From Lineus longissimus (lineage: Eukaryota), in assembly GCF_910592395.1 (NCBI RefSeq), contig NC_088308.1, positions 496,001 through 560,000 of the forward strand: a stretch of DNA of 64,000 bases, given 5' to 3'. A program made the translations under genes and the position numbers. How positions within the stretch are numbered: position 1 is the stretch's first letter; the number at the start of each line of letters is the position of its first letter. The notes under the pieces are model-generated. The model had not been told where the DNA came from. It saw nothing but the letters and a program-made list of their open reading frames with translations, and ran no database searches. Below, one piece after another: positions 24,901-37,300 of the stretch.

Positions 24901-27726
24901 CAGTGAATCTTACTTCCCAAATCATCTTCATCATACCACAAGGAACTACCGGATGAACATCGGATCGTTCGCCAGTTCATTAGTTCTGCAATAAACATGA
25001 CATATTGGATATTTGCAGGTGAACATTGGTGAGTACAATCCGACAAATTCATACGATAAGATCATAGGAAACAATTATGCCATTGTAATTTTACCCAGTG
25101 TTTTATTGCTGTAACGCTACAATTCTGTGCTGTCAGAATCAGTTGGAATTGCATCTAATAATGGACGCGTGGCATTGGCATAAAGTACAATACAATGGGA
25201 CAGAATATGTAAGTGTTCACTTCATTCTGTGCTTTAAAGCTACCAGCCCTATGCAAAACGTAAACCGAACTTTATTATTTCATAGCTGTGATGGTGTACA
25301 GCATGCTGGGTAATTTTTGCGACGTTTTATTTTTCGCGATCTGGGAGGCAAATAACAGGCGAAATTTGGTCGACGTGAAATGGAAAAAAGAGCAAATTCG
25401 GCGAATCTGGCTTCACGAACATAATCCGGCTGGCATTAGGCAGAATGTCTCATCAGTGTTTCAGTACACATAACACTTTATCTCTAATGCGTTATCTCAG
25501 CCAACGTTGACAACTTCCCAATAATCACTTGTTGTTTGATTCTCATGCAATGATTACTTCGAAATGATTAAGTGTTTCGGGGAGTTAGATGCATCAGTAT
25601 ATACTCGCGGGTATTTATTCTCATCATTAATTTACCCTCCGACGGCAACGCCATTGGTGTTGAATACCCAGTGTGGCCTTGCTAACTTACCAAGGCCAAA
25701 ACTTTAATGTTTTATATACCATTTGTAACAAAGCTATCGCTAGGAAGGTCGCCATTCATTTAATCTGGTTGATATTGTTTACTTGTGCTTGTGATAAACT
25801 TCATTGGAAATATTCATTGCAGCATGGTGGTATCCCAAGACGAAACTGGATATTGAGGTGTGTGATGCCGTGACAGCGCCTGACAAACCGTTACAAGAAA
25901 GAACTGGGTGAATGATAGGACCGTGGATACCAAGTTACTAGAGGCTGGAGGGAACACTTGAGGATTAGGTTGATTGAAGGTCATAGCACAAGTCTCCTGG
26001 ATTGAAGTAGGCGGGTGTTGCATATCATCTATAATCTCATCAGCCGTTTTCAATCATACCTTCAATCATCTATTGTGGCAATGCCGTCGCTGGATTGTAA
26101 ACCGGTTGAAATACATTAGTCCTTCTGGAAGGGAGGCCATCAGACCTCAACAGGATGCTGTGTTTAGAAGCCACCGTGGTAACTCATAGCAGAACTTGAG
26201 ACAAAATCTTTTTTTTTCAAAACCCTGAACGAAATCCAAATGAGGAAAACGTGGTATGGGTTGGACAGGAATACTCCTCTGACAGAAGTTGGAACAAAAT
26301 GTTCAGATTTTGTATCCGGTTGCGCATGATTGATTACCGTACCAAAATATGATGTTTTCATGCAAAACCAGATAAAATTTGGAAATTCTGTTCTGTGTCG
26401 ATCCTAGCACAGGTACCATGAGCTAAGAGAAGTATACCGCAGCTTTTTCTCGGGTTTATTGAAATATACAGTAGGATTGAGATTATGACAGATTGCCTCT
26501 GAAACCACTAATTCTTCATAGCATTTATTGGCTGTTTGATTGGAATACATAACTCGCTATTTGCAATGCGTACTTCATGATATTACTCCGCTCCAACAAT
26601 TGAATTATTATTCAGAACGGTAGGTCGGATTACCCAAGTGGAATAATATGCAAAAAAACAGCTCAGAAAAACATGACATCAACACATTACTTTTCCGTTG
26701 TGTATCCAAATCATCATTTATTGATAGAACATGCCATTATATCTCCGCTGAAAATGTTGATAATACAATGTTACAACTCTAGCTGCGCTTTTTTATATCA
26801 AAGTTCGCCGATAGAGTGATTGATAGTACACATTACACATTCAAATTACACTGTATTAATGTTTTAGCTGTGAACTGAGTAATTTCATTGAAGGGAATGA
26901 TTGGATTCTCAATATTCAAAGTCCATTGGAGCACAACTTTGGAATGGAACTATTCAGTTGGGTATCGTGGACATGTCAATCAAGATTAATTTGAAAGCAA
27001 ATCGGGACGAAAGTGGGAGAACAAAACAAAGTCACGCAGTTTCTGACTTCAATTGTGATTTGGGAGGTTAACACATCATTCACGGAAGTTGAAATCGTAA
27101 TACAACCCTGAAACTGGCACGAAACTTAAGAAAGTTCCTAACAGCTGCATTTGAAAATGGATACACGCTTAACCAAGGCAATGACGTAGTAAAACAGCCA
27201 CGATAGCAACAGTTTCCGATATCGGATAACTGTCATTCGCATTGTGCCAGTAGTGGATTTCAAATTGTGACATGTTTGGATTGGGATGATACTGGATTGA
27301 TGATAAACAGATTACATACCTGATGATATGTTCACTACACGAATAGGAGTATCAACGCTATAGTTCGCAGTTCAATGGTTTAGTCGAATGAATTCGTTTT
27401 TTCCGTTTCAACTTGTTATACCAAAGGAATCAAACTGATGCGGTTTAAGCTACGATTTCAACTTATAAGATTCAGTGGTTCAGGGTTTCTCAGTGGATAT
27501 CGTGATGTTTTCGGATATAGACAAGAGAATAACTGTCGTTAGTGCAAAAGCTTCCATGACATGCATGAGTTTACAGTCTTCGCTGAGCTACTGAATTTAG
27601 CTGAGCGAGGGTGATTAGGTCAGCTTTGTCGTTTGAGAACGTAAGTCAGTAACTCGTACAACTTCAGAAACGCTTTTCATAGATCAGTCCAGTCAGACGT
27701 TTTATTACGTTACCTTCAACGAAAAG

Positions 27727-29670
27727 ATGGCAATGCGAACGAAACAGAAAAAGGCACCGTGGGCTAAGGTAGATGTGCACCAAGCGCCGACCTCTCCCAC
27801 CGAAATCTTCATCAAGTTCGGGTTAATGAGTACAGTGAGAGGCATTCCAAGAATCTTCAAGGCGAGGAACAGATTTCTCTCCATCTTCTGGGCAACTACT
27901 GTGATCGCTTTCCTAGTAGTTTCTTTCTTCCAAGTTTATCAAATAGTTGACGGTTTCTTAGGCTATAATATCAAACAGGAACATAATATAAAACTCTCTC
28001 GGAGTGCAACATTTCCCGATATCACTGTATGCAGCTTACAGCCGTTCAGGAGTAAGAAATCATTGATGAGCGACAAAGTGAAAAGAGCCGATGCACTGAT
28101 TAATGAGTATTTCTTTAACGTCTCGAAACGGATTACTAACCAGTCGTATGAAGACTATATTGAGACGGAGTTCCAGTATAAGGCTGGCAGTGTACACTGG
28201 AGTCGTGATAATGATCACTACTATGATGACGATGAGGCTTTACTGAACTTAGATTGGTGGGGTGATGCCGATTCCGAGGGTGGGAATGACGAAACACCAA
28301 CATATGACTCAGGTGACACGGCTGGATGGACAGTGCGGAACCGTAGAAAGCGGACACCAAAAATCAACCTTGCTAATAAAAGAGAGCACTTAGTTGATGA
28401 TGAAACTATGCGGAACATTCTGATGACAACTACTGGCCTGTACCAAAACATTCCGAGGCAACTGCAGCAGAAGTTAGGCCACCAGAAAACGATTATAGAT
28501 CAGTGCATCTACACTGTACAGACTGTAAAGGAGAAGCGCTTGGAAACAGTTAACTGTACGATCCAGGTTTTCCACTTCCCGCAGTACTTTAATTGTTATA
28601 CGATTTCATTAGGAAAAGGGAAGGGCACCGTTTTAGAAGTGGTCGTAAACTTGTTTCTGGACGATGACGTTTCTTTGGAGTATCCGAAACATTACACACG
28701 CGACACAGATTCTCAAAAACACGGCGTGAGAGTGGTGATACATGATCCGTATAGTTACCCGGATGTTCGTCACGACGGCCATGACGTTCCACCTGGAATG
28801 TCAGCAAATTTTATTTTGAGGACCAATATGCGGAAGCATTTAGCGGCACCGTACGGTACATGTTATAATGACGCTGCGCCGATAGAAGATATGCACGGCA
28901 ATCAGTTTAAATACCGCAGGAAAACGTGTGAAGATCAAGCAATTCAGCGGAAAATTAACAAAGACTGTCACTGCATTGATCCAGGTAAGATCACAGATCC
29001 CGTCACTTCTCGTAACCTCTCGCTTCCAAACGGGAGGCTGCCGTACTGTATGGACATTCGCTTCAGTAAAACGACTATTTCATCTCGGCTAGCATGTATG
29101 TATGACTACAACATGAATCCACCAGGACCAGGGCTGTACAAGTGCCCATCTCGCTGCAAACATTACGCGTACATTACCACAATGGATATGGCCAAATGGC
29201 CTCACGAGTCTTTTCATCTCCCCCTGTACGAAACAGCACAACAAGACCGCAATGTCAGCTTCCCACATTTGGACAAAGCTATCCATAAAATGAAGGAAGC
29301 AGAATCAAACGATACAGCAGAGCAACTAAGAGAGACAATTGAAACTTCGGTGACCGACTGGTTGTTAAAGACGCACGTTTTCCAGCGGAACTTTGCGTCT
29401 TTGACAGTGAGGAGGCCCACTTTTGAGGTCAATTATATTGTGGACAAGCCATCCATCGATGCACCTACCCTGATGAGCCGGATTGGTGGAATCATGAGTT
29501 TCTGGTTGGGAATTACATTTATAACGATCATAGAATTCGTGGAAGTTGTTTATGATGCTATTTCCCTCATGTTAAAGAACCGTAAAAAAAGGCTTAGGCG
29601 GAAGAACCCGGAAGTGGAGAATAGTTATGAAGCTGAACGTTTGGGAAGAGAAAATACGGAACGTTTATGA
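27727..29670 (+). CDS. DEG/ENaC subunit, FaNaC-related, single coding exon, 647 aa; inverted paralogue of 17989-19845
   Basis: Same motifs as the paralogue (STVRGIPRI, FPDITVCSLQPF, HGVRVVIHDPYSYPD, LAAPYGTC, KWPHESFH, SRIGGIMSFWLGITFITIIEFVE), with long identical peptide blocks. Confidence 0.95.
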   Translation: MAMRTKQKKAPWAKVDVHQAPTSPTEIFIKFGLMSTVRGIPRIFKARNRFLSIFWATTVIAFLVVSFFQVYQIVDGFLGYNIKQEHNIKLSRSATFPDITVCSLQPFRSKKSLMSDKVKRADALINEYFFNVSKRITNQSYEDYIETEFQYKAGSVHWSRDNDHYYDDDEALLNLDWWGDADSEGGNDETPTYDSGDTAGWTVRNRRKRTPKINLANKREHLVDDETMRNILMTTTGLYQNIPRQLQQKLGHQKTIIDQCIYTVQTVKEKRLETVNCTIQVFHFPQYFNCYTISLGKGKGTVLEVVVNLFLDDDVSLEYPKHYTRDTDSQKHGVRVVIHDPYSYPDVRHDGHDVPPGMSANFILRTNMRKHLAAPYGTCYNDAAPIEDMHGNQFKYRRKTCEDQAIQRKINKDCHCIDPGKITDPVTSRNLSLPNGRLPYCMDIRFSKTTISSRLACMYDYNMNPPGPGLYKCPSRCKHYAYITTMDMAKWPHESFHLPLYETAQQDRNVSFPHLDKAIHKMKEAESNDTAEQLRETIETSVTDWLLKTHVFQRNFASLTVRRPTFEVNYIVDKPSIDAPTLMSRIGGIMSFWLGITFITIIEFVEVVYDAISLMLKNRKKRLRRKNPEVENSYEAERLGRENTERL

Positions 29671-31987
29671 TGAGGCCACAGGCCAATCATAGGCGAAATG
29701 TATGGGGAGCCAAGCGCGAGAGAAACTATCACGTATAGGCATGACAGTTGCTCTTCTAGTTAGTAGGTTGCTCCCCAAATTTTCAATGCAAGTGGATGGA
29801 GGGCAGAGATAGATTTACACCGGAGCATCGAAATCCTGAACTCCGAGCCCCTCCACGTGTTTCTGATCGAGTTCCGAGTTGAATACCGTGTCTTGGCAAA
29901 ACCTGCTCCGGTTCTTTTTTGTGTACCAAATTCAGTCCGTATTTTATTTGGGCATTCGGTTCTGGGGCTCGTTGGGAACACGATGGTAGAAGCTTCACAT
30001 TAAAACCAACCTCCATCCATTTGGCTGAATTAAAAAAGACTTTTGTGTGAGTTGTTTTACAGTGTCTGGCTTATATCATTTGGGTATCTTAGCAGAGATT
30101 GGTGCTTAAACGCTATGCACTCGGGCCCAGTATTTCTAGCCACCTGAGTGCAAACAATGAGCTGAGCACAAAAACGCAGATATGTTGGTGAGAGAGCTGT
30201 GTTTTGTGGTGGAACAATTGAGGGACTTGGAACTCAGGGACACGACATGTTCAGAACCGCATGATACTCCAGTTTATGATCTACATGTATATAGTGGTAA
30301 AGGCAGCGGTTGCATGTGCATGTTCAGGGTTTAAAACTACCATTGGTTGGTTAATGAGGGCCTCTTGAAACCCTAAACACGTTGCCAATCAAAAGCAGTG
30401 CTGATGGAACGCATGACCCCGATCAGACCAAGCATGAATCCAAGCATGGATAATGCCAACCTCCGAGTTTTTCATCAACAAAATTTAAATAATTACATAA
30501 CTTTAGTGAGTTACAATCAACTGCAGCTCTCACTAATGGCCGATGTTCTTATTGCAAGCAGATTACTGTACTTCGTAAGTCTTCATTAGAAAACGTGTAT
30601 AACATCAAGTCTGGCTGGATATAGCCGCCGCAACTCGAAAGATGGCAACACCAAATGCATCATCGAAGTTTCTATTCTAACCATTTTTGCATGAATACAT
30701 ATTTTTCACTGCACATGTTCATTTCACAATAAAATATCAACGGCATACTATGGAGTGTCTTTTGATATTTCATCACTCTGACGAGGGATCCTGCGTCCAG
30801 ACACCTACTTACGCGAGGCCTAGCTTTATAGTCACTGCTTGGCTAGCGCCCGAGTTGAACGGCTCACACTGACAAACTGCAGGGGGGAGGGCAAGGCTCT
30901 AGCAAGGAGGAACAACCATGACGTATCTCGGCTATTATGTAAACTAAATATGATATTGATTGAGGACCCATGATCATATCATGGACGTCTAGTTGTGACT
31001 TTGTCTTCATAAGACCATGATGAAAAATGGAAGGACAAGGACATCCTTGGGATGGATATGTGTTGTCATTAATAGGGAGGTGACCCGATTACTGAAGTCA
31101 GATAGTATATATTAATGACCCATAATGGATCACAATCACTAATTTTAATGAGAAGGTGCCCTGCTATATAACGTTGGGGAAGGATCCACCGTTCAATCGG
31201 AAACTAGAGGCTTCGCTCTCAATGCAATACTGTCATCAGAAGTATGCTTTTTGTTCTATGTTTCACATGTTTTACAACAGGCGTCGTGTTTGGCTCACCA
31301 AGGCGTTTTATTGAAATAACGGGTCCTGGGGTAGGAGGTGTTGTTTTCACAGGTCACAAAATAGACTTTTGCGGATTATTGTTCACAAAACAAAAGAAGA
31401 GAGAGAACAAAAAGTTCATAAAATTATATATTTTAGAAATTAAGCATCTACTTTTACATTGTTATGGGAAAATATCACCACAACTCATCAAGACTGGGTT
31501 GTACATCATCAAGCCTACTGGTATAATCCCATTCAAGCTTATTCCAGCACTGCTCGTGGTATACTGTCAGGTTTTCTCTCAGCCTTACAGGTATTTTGTT
31601 TTGATTTGACTTTAAACGTTATCGCTGACACAGTGATTTTAAGCTAGCGAAAGGACATACTGTAATGTTGGCTCTCTTCTCTCAGTCACCTGTCATCATA
31701 ACCTTAACCTGTTGACTGAACGAGGGCGAATAGGAACACAGAGTTTGTCCAGATCGCAATTCATGGTTACACAAGTTGTGTTTTTGAACGGCACGTTTGT
31801 CTAAGATTGCGGGCAGGCATCGACTGCGGGACGAGACAGAGCCAACAAACTATCAGCATAGAAGTATATGATTCAATAAGCCTCGTTCCTCGATAGTCCT
31901 TCTACTTTATAGGTATTTAATTAAGATGCAGCTGTTTGAGAAATCTACTCATAGGATACTACACGTAACTGTCCTTTGGACTACGGT

Positions 31988-33225
31988 TTACAAGTGGCCG
32001 ATGATGGCGTCGATGGCTCCTCCGAAGTCCGTGCTGCAATGGTTTTCTGCCGCCGCATCAGCCAAACACTTCTTGGCGTTCTGAAGTAAAACAATTACAA
32101 TGAATTCGACAAAACTATAAACTGTACATAAATTTTACATAAAAAATCATACACATAAAAAAACATTTGAATCATCGGACTACTTGTCTCATGATAATTC
32201 AAAGTCCTCTTCAATTTCAAAGCCTACAGCAGTTCTCGAAGTTCTTTTTTTTTTAAATTGAGGCCAGGCTTTCATAAAGAGGCTTCGTAGTCGGCTACAA
32301 CAACAACTTGCATCCTCGGGTAATGAAGTGTCGGAGTATGTAAATGCCGATCCACGACAACGAATGTAGATAACCAAATAGAATCAAGTAGTGATCGCAG
32401 CTACATGGAACAAATATCTGACAACTATAATCTGGAAAATAAAGTTACAATCGGATTGTCCCACTGCTGTACAAAGCAGTAACTGATATGGAAAACACAT
32501 TGGGGGGAAATGCTGCCTTCTTCTTTTTTTTTGGTGTGATCTTTAGAAAGGGGAGATAGTGCATCGTACCACTTTAGGGCTGGTGTATTCGTTAATTTCA
32601 TTATAAGCGAACTTATGGCACGTAAACTTGGTATCTCATCTCCCACGGAAACTTACAGAGAATTCGGCTGCTCCAACATGGCGAGGCTTATGTCTGGCTG
32701 CCAGACCAGCTGCGTCAGCCTTGCCTGCGACGGCATCGTTGATGTAGGCGACGGTCTTGTCCCTCTGTGTTTTGTAGGAGGCGTTTCCTGTAAGACTTCC
32801 CAGAGCAACTCCCTTGAATGAGAACTTGTCCTGGTATTCCGGGTGGGTCGTGAACAACCTGGAACAAACAGTACGGATAGGAACTTGTTCTCCCACCAAA
32901 ATTTTGATGATGCTATTCAGAATTCTGTACTTTATCAATGTTTATAAAATAGGCCTGTCAACGTTTGCCTCTTCGCTCTTGTACTTAAACAGCACACCGA
33001 GACTCACAGTGCCACCAACTGACTATTCAGTGGCTGGTAAGGTATTACAGGAAAGCTTTTTTAGGGCATTAAGTCATGACGAGCTTGATCGAATACTAAA
33101 GATAAAAAATGTAATAATATCATGTACGATATGTCTTGGAATGAACGGAGAAGATATCAAATACGAACTTACTTGTGGTAGAAGCTGTCGACGAGAGCAG
33201 TTTTGTTGACAGTATCCCAAGACAT
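31988..33225 (-). CDS. Nemertean-type mini-haemoglobin (nerve/body-wall globin), 115 aa
   Basis: Exons 33225-33173 ([18 protein letters not shown]), 32858-32657 ([67 protein letters not shown]), 32080-31988 ([30 protein letters not shown]). The introns are phase 2 and phase 0, at the canonical globin B12.2 and G7.0 positions. Phe CD1 and proximal His F8 are present, and the sequence closely resembles Cerebratulus lacteus mini-Hb as recalled. Confidence 0.95.
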
Positions 33226-34011
33226 GATTCTGAAAATCGAATGGGTGTCTCCACATTATTACGATATCTTCATTTCTTGAATCCCTAGCTGCAGAGCCTA
33301 CACACAAAGCTTCTTCTAAATTTGTATTTTCATTTTTTTCCCAACGATCCTTGTACGGTTGTTAGACAAAGGGGCAACTAATATGAAATGTATGCAGGCC
33401 ATCTACTTCCAGCCACAGCAAACTCGCACAGTGACGAAATTTAAATTTCAGACACTGGAATTGATCAAATGCCACCATCTTGGATATCACCATTGATACT
33501 GAGATTTAGGTTTTTGATAATACTACTTCATCTACTGCGTCACCAGTTCAGACAGTAAGTCTCGTTCAGGCCTAATAAGTGCAAGCTTCTTTCATAAAAC
33601 GCTGGGGCACTTTATAATTTTACTTTTAATTGATGGTAGACGTCAGACATGACACATTTCAAAGGGAGAAGCAGTCCGTCACAGGACCTCAGTCAGGTGT
33701 TCCTCTTCCAACACGCACGAGAATGAAAATTGATTTACTAAATCATGCTCATGATTTTATATCACAATGAGCTAGATTAACTGCTATCGGCAATGAAAAT
33801 GATGCTAAAATTTTAAATTTTTGGAATATGTATATTTTTCTAGTGCGGTCGAATAGGGGCAGGGACCAATAAGCTAACAGCCAGTTTACTTCAAAATGAC
33901 TGAAGAAGAGAAGCTGGTTACATTTCTCTAACAAAATGATGGCATGAAAAGATAAAAATGTAAAAGGATGCAAAAAACTAAGACGATTTGAAATTGAAAA
34001 TGAAGGAAACT

Positions 34012-34310
34012 ACTTACATTTATTACGTGTACACAAACACTGTGTGTGACTACGAAAGAATAATCAGGTTCTGTTGCGGTGTTTGCTGGCGAATTAAACG
34101 TCTATCCAGCTGCGGCTGGTACTTATAGGAAACGCCTAGGAAAATTTTCCTCAGCCAATGAAAATTGAGTCTCGCATCCAGGCTAGGAATCACCTTGGCC
34201 ACAGTCTCAATGTCATCCGTCCACGTGTGGTGAATTTTCCAAGCTCACTCTCCAAGCGCCATTTCAGCATTTCCTCTCTGCCCGCATCAGCTTCATCGCT
34301 GTTGACGTCA
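34012..34310 (-). promoter_or_regulatory. Putative globin promoter and non-coding first exon
   Basis: TATAAG at 34127-34122, donor GTAAGT at 34017-34012, and acceptor ttttcag just before the ATG (AG at 33231-33230). A CCAAT motif lies near 34155 and a perfect CRE palindrome TGACGTCA at 34303-34310. Confidence 0.5.
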
Positions 34311-37300
34311 CTGTACATCACTGGTTTGTACAGGTAAAAACTTGCCGAAAAACACAACAAACGTAATTGTGGCAATTTAGAGAGTGTCAGTGATAATGAT
34401 CGTCAGGATGTATCCAAATACATGTTTTTGGTATAGTTTGCAACAATAATTCCCAAGATGTGCACGCTTCATACTGGACTGAGAGTTGACCTCGTAAATA
34501 ACAAATTCTGTGTTGTTATACGCAATGCCCTTCAAACTAAAAAATGTGATTTCACAACTCTTACCATATATTTAGAACTAGAAATGGCCCGAGTGCCATC
34601 CTGCCTCATTCAGGCGGTAATGGCGGCCAATTTCAGCAGGGACGGAACGACATCATCAATAGTTAGAATTTCCGATCATGTGAGGAGAATGTTCAAACTG
34701 CCTCCCGGTAAAGGCAGCGGCCTCCCCAGATGAAGGCAGCGGGTCTGAAGGAAAACAAACAGATATTCTAATCGAGCCCTGCGAAAAAAAAAACTTGTTC
34801 CACATGTGTCACTTTGTGAACAAATACAAACGTCTGGATGGCACCTAACTGTCAACTACATGCCTCGCCTCAGCCTCGTCGACGAGATGTGTTGTTATTG
34901 AGCAAAACATTTTTAACCATTATTCGGAAGAAAAAAACATCCAGTTTTAGGCCTACGTCTTCCGTATTCGTTTGATTTTTCTAGTGGCTCAGGTAAATAG
35001 AAATGAACAGTCCGCATTGCAGTTAATACGTAGACATATTCGCTGAAACTTGACATTCATAATATTTGATACAGCTGTTTCGTGCAAAACTGACCATGTA
35101 TTCTTGACAATAAAAGCATAATGTGTGTCTACACACCGGTGGCACTGTGAAAATCAAGTACGTATTTACACGATTTAAAGTTCATAAGTACGTAGTTCAA
35201 TTTGAACATATGTTTTTTGAACATATGTTTTTTGAACATTTAAGAGGGAAAATCTCAGCTCCATTGGGCCAAAGTCTGTTGTTTTGTTGATGTAACTGAT
35301 TCATCCCAAATTGGGATTATGTTTGGCCTTGGTTTCAGACAGACTAAATACCAGTCAAATTAAGGGTTAAGGATAACTTTAGTGTTAGAAGCTAGATAGT
35401 TGTTCACAGGTTGGCTTAGGCAAAGGGTTAAGGGGTTACTATTTTCGCTCAGACTATTTACCCCTAATGGGTACAAAACGTCCGTGGAGAGAAATATTGC
35501 CCGTTAGGATCATGATATTGCTGTGGAACCCCTTTTGATCGATGCCAGGGGATATAGAGCCGGTGGAACAAAGAAGCCCATGGCACTATGGAATAGAGAA
35601 GCCCTATGGGACATAGATTTAATCCCCACAACAATCTGTGATGTCATAAACGAGAATCTCAAGAACATTGGGTATGAAACATTCTTTTGAGAAAATTGTA
35701 CTTCATTATTGTTACCAAGAACAAATTGGAACGACACGCATTCATGGCAGTCTGTCAAGGAATAAATTAGATTTTCAGCAAAGTCAGTATAGCTAAAAAG
35801 AACAACTGATGAGGTGCCCTTCGTTTGTCCCTACAAGGACGAACTCTTGAGACGATAACAATTAGGTTAATAAGCAACAGTCAGACATGATTGACAGTTG
35901 GCACAGTTCTATCAATATCAAGTTATGAAGAAAAAGTCTGTCTGTGCCGTGCAGACTGCATCAATACAACAGTACTGAAGCATATACACTTAAGTCGAGT
36001 CTACTTTGAAAATGATGGACAATTTGAGCCCGAAATCAATACCGCCATAAGGCTGATGTTTTAGGTCAATTGTGATGGACGTGCATCTGAATACATTTGG
36101 AATTAATGAGAGTAGTCGCTGATGCGTTGTCCTCATAACCCGCACCTCGTTGGTCCGACTCCCAGGAGAACAACTTACTGATTCAGTGTCCTTGTGCAAG
36201 ACACATAACACTTCAGTGGCTCTCTTAACCTTGGAGAATAAAATGGCTACCGATGAAACAATTGAAATGTCCCCCTGGGAAAGAGTGTCCTACCCTGTGG
36301 AATAAGAAATTTGTCGACAAGTTTTTACTAGCGTATTAGCGGTAACCAGCAAGAACAAGCTGTAGGCAGAAGGTAGTTTAAACACAAAGAGTTCTGAATT
36401 ATCTAGTAACTTTATTAATTTTATGGGCCTTGTTTACCTTTTCACTCCAAGGTAAAACTATGTAGGGATGCTGACGACTGAAATGTAATTGCCGACATGC
36501 CCAATTGTATGGTAACGAATTAAAGTCCAGATTCATTAGACTCGAACCTTCAAGGAGATTATTTTGGCGCACAATATAATCATGTTCCTGTAACATTTTT
36601 GGGTGTATCCCATTTCGGTATTTCGAGACAGCAGGCAGAAAGGGAGACCAGGAGTTTCAATAGGAGAAAAACGTATCAATGTGCTGTTCACTGTTCAGAA
36701 GCAATGAGGGGAAACCCTAAGAAACGAAAACACTCAACAACTTGACATCGACCGGGACATATCCTACCTTTCCTACCACGCAGGGCAGACAGGTTCAAGT
36801 GAGCTCCTCCTGAGATGCCCGAGATAGTTCATGGTAATAACTCTAGGATTTGTTTATACAATGCTCATCGAGTTCCCCTGAAATGTTTTTGAGTGGACTA
36901 GGAGGTAAAGTTGTTGAATCTTGCCAACCAGACAATAATAGGCCTGACTCTGTTTACGTGTCGAGTTCCGAACTGGTTCATGACAGGCCTGAAGTCAAAC
37001 TTGAAAGACTCAGTCAACATACTCAGTCAAAAGAGGGTGAGAGAGGTCCTGGGAACGTAACAGTGAGAGCTCAGGGAGTAATTTGGAAGACAACGTATCA
37101 CTCTGGTTATACCATCGTCTTCCATAGACTGAAAACAGACTCTAGCCCAAAATGTCGGTAGACGAGCACTGACCTACCTCTACAGTTGGATCATTAAGCA
37201 CGTGGCCAATCGGTAGATTGTTTACTTTTTTGATATGATAATTTGATAACCCTAGTCACAATTATTGCAAAATGATGAGCTTATTTAACTCTCAATGTTA

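Noticed and set aside
20630..26420. DNA-transposon remnants near 20630-20750 and 26150-26420
   Set aside because: The composition is suggestive, but I could not identify matching terminal inverted repeats or target-site duplications.
18341..29432. Short ORFs overlapping the two DEG/ENaC genes (e.g. 18341-18565, 19098-19394, 28136-28360, 29089-29286)
   Set aside because: These are alternative-frame or antisense shadows of long coding sequences, with no recognisable motifs.
35360..35435. Interstitial telomeric repeat
   Set aside because: Only scattered agggtt-like words with no tandem TTAGGG array; more likely the interior of a decayed MITE.
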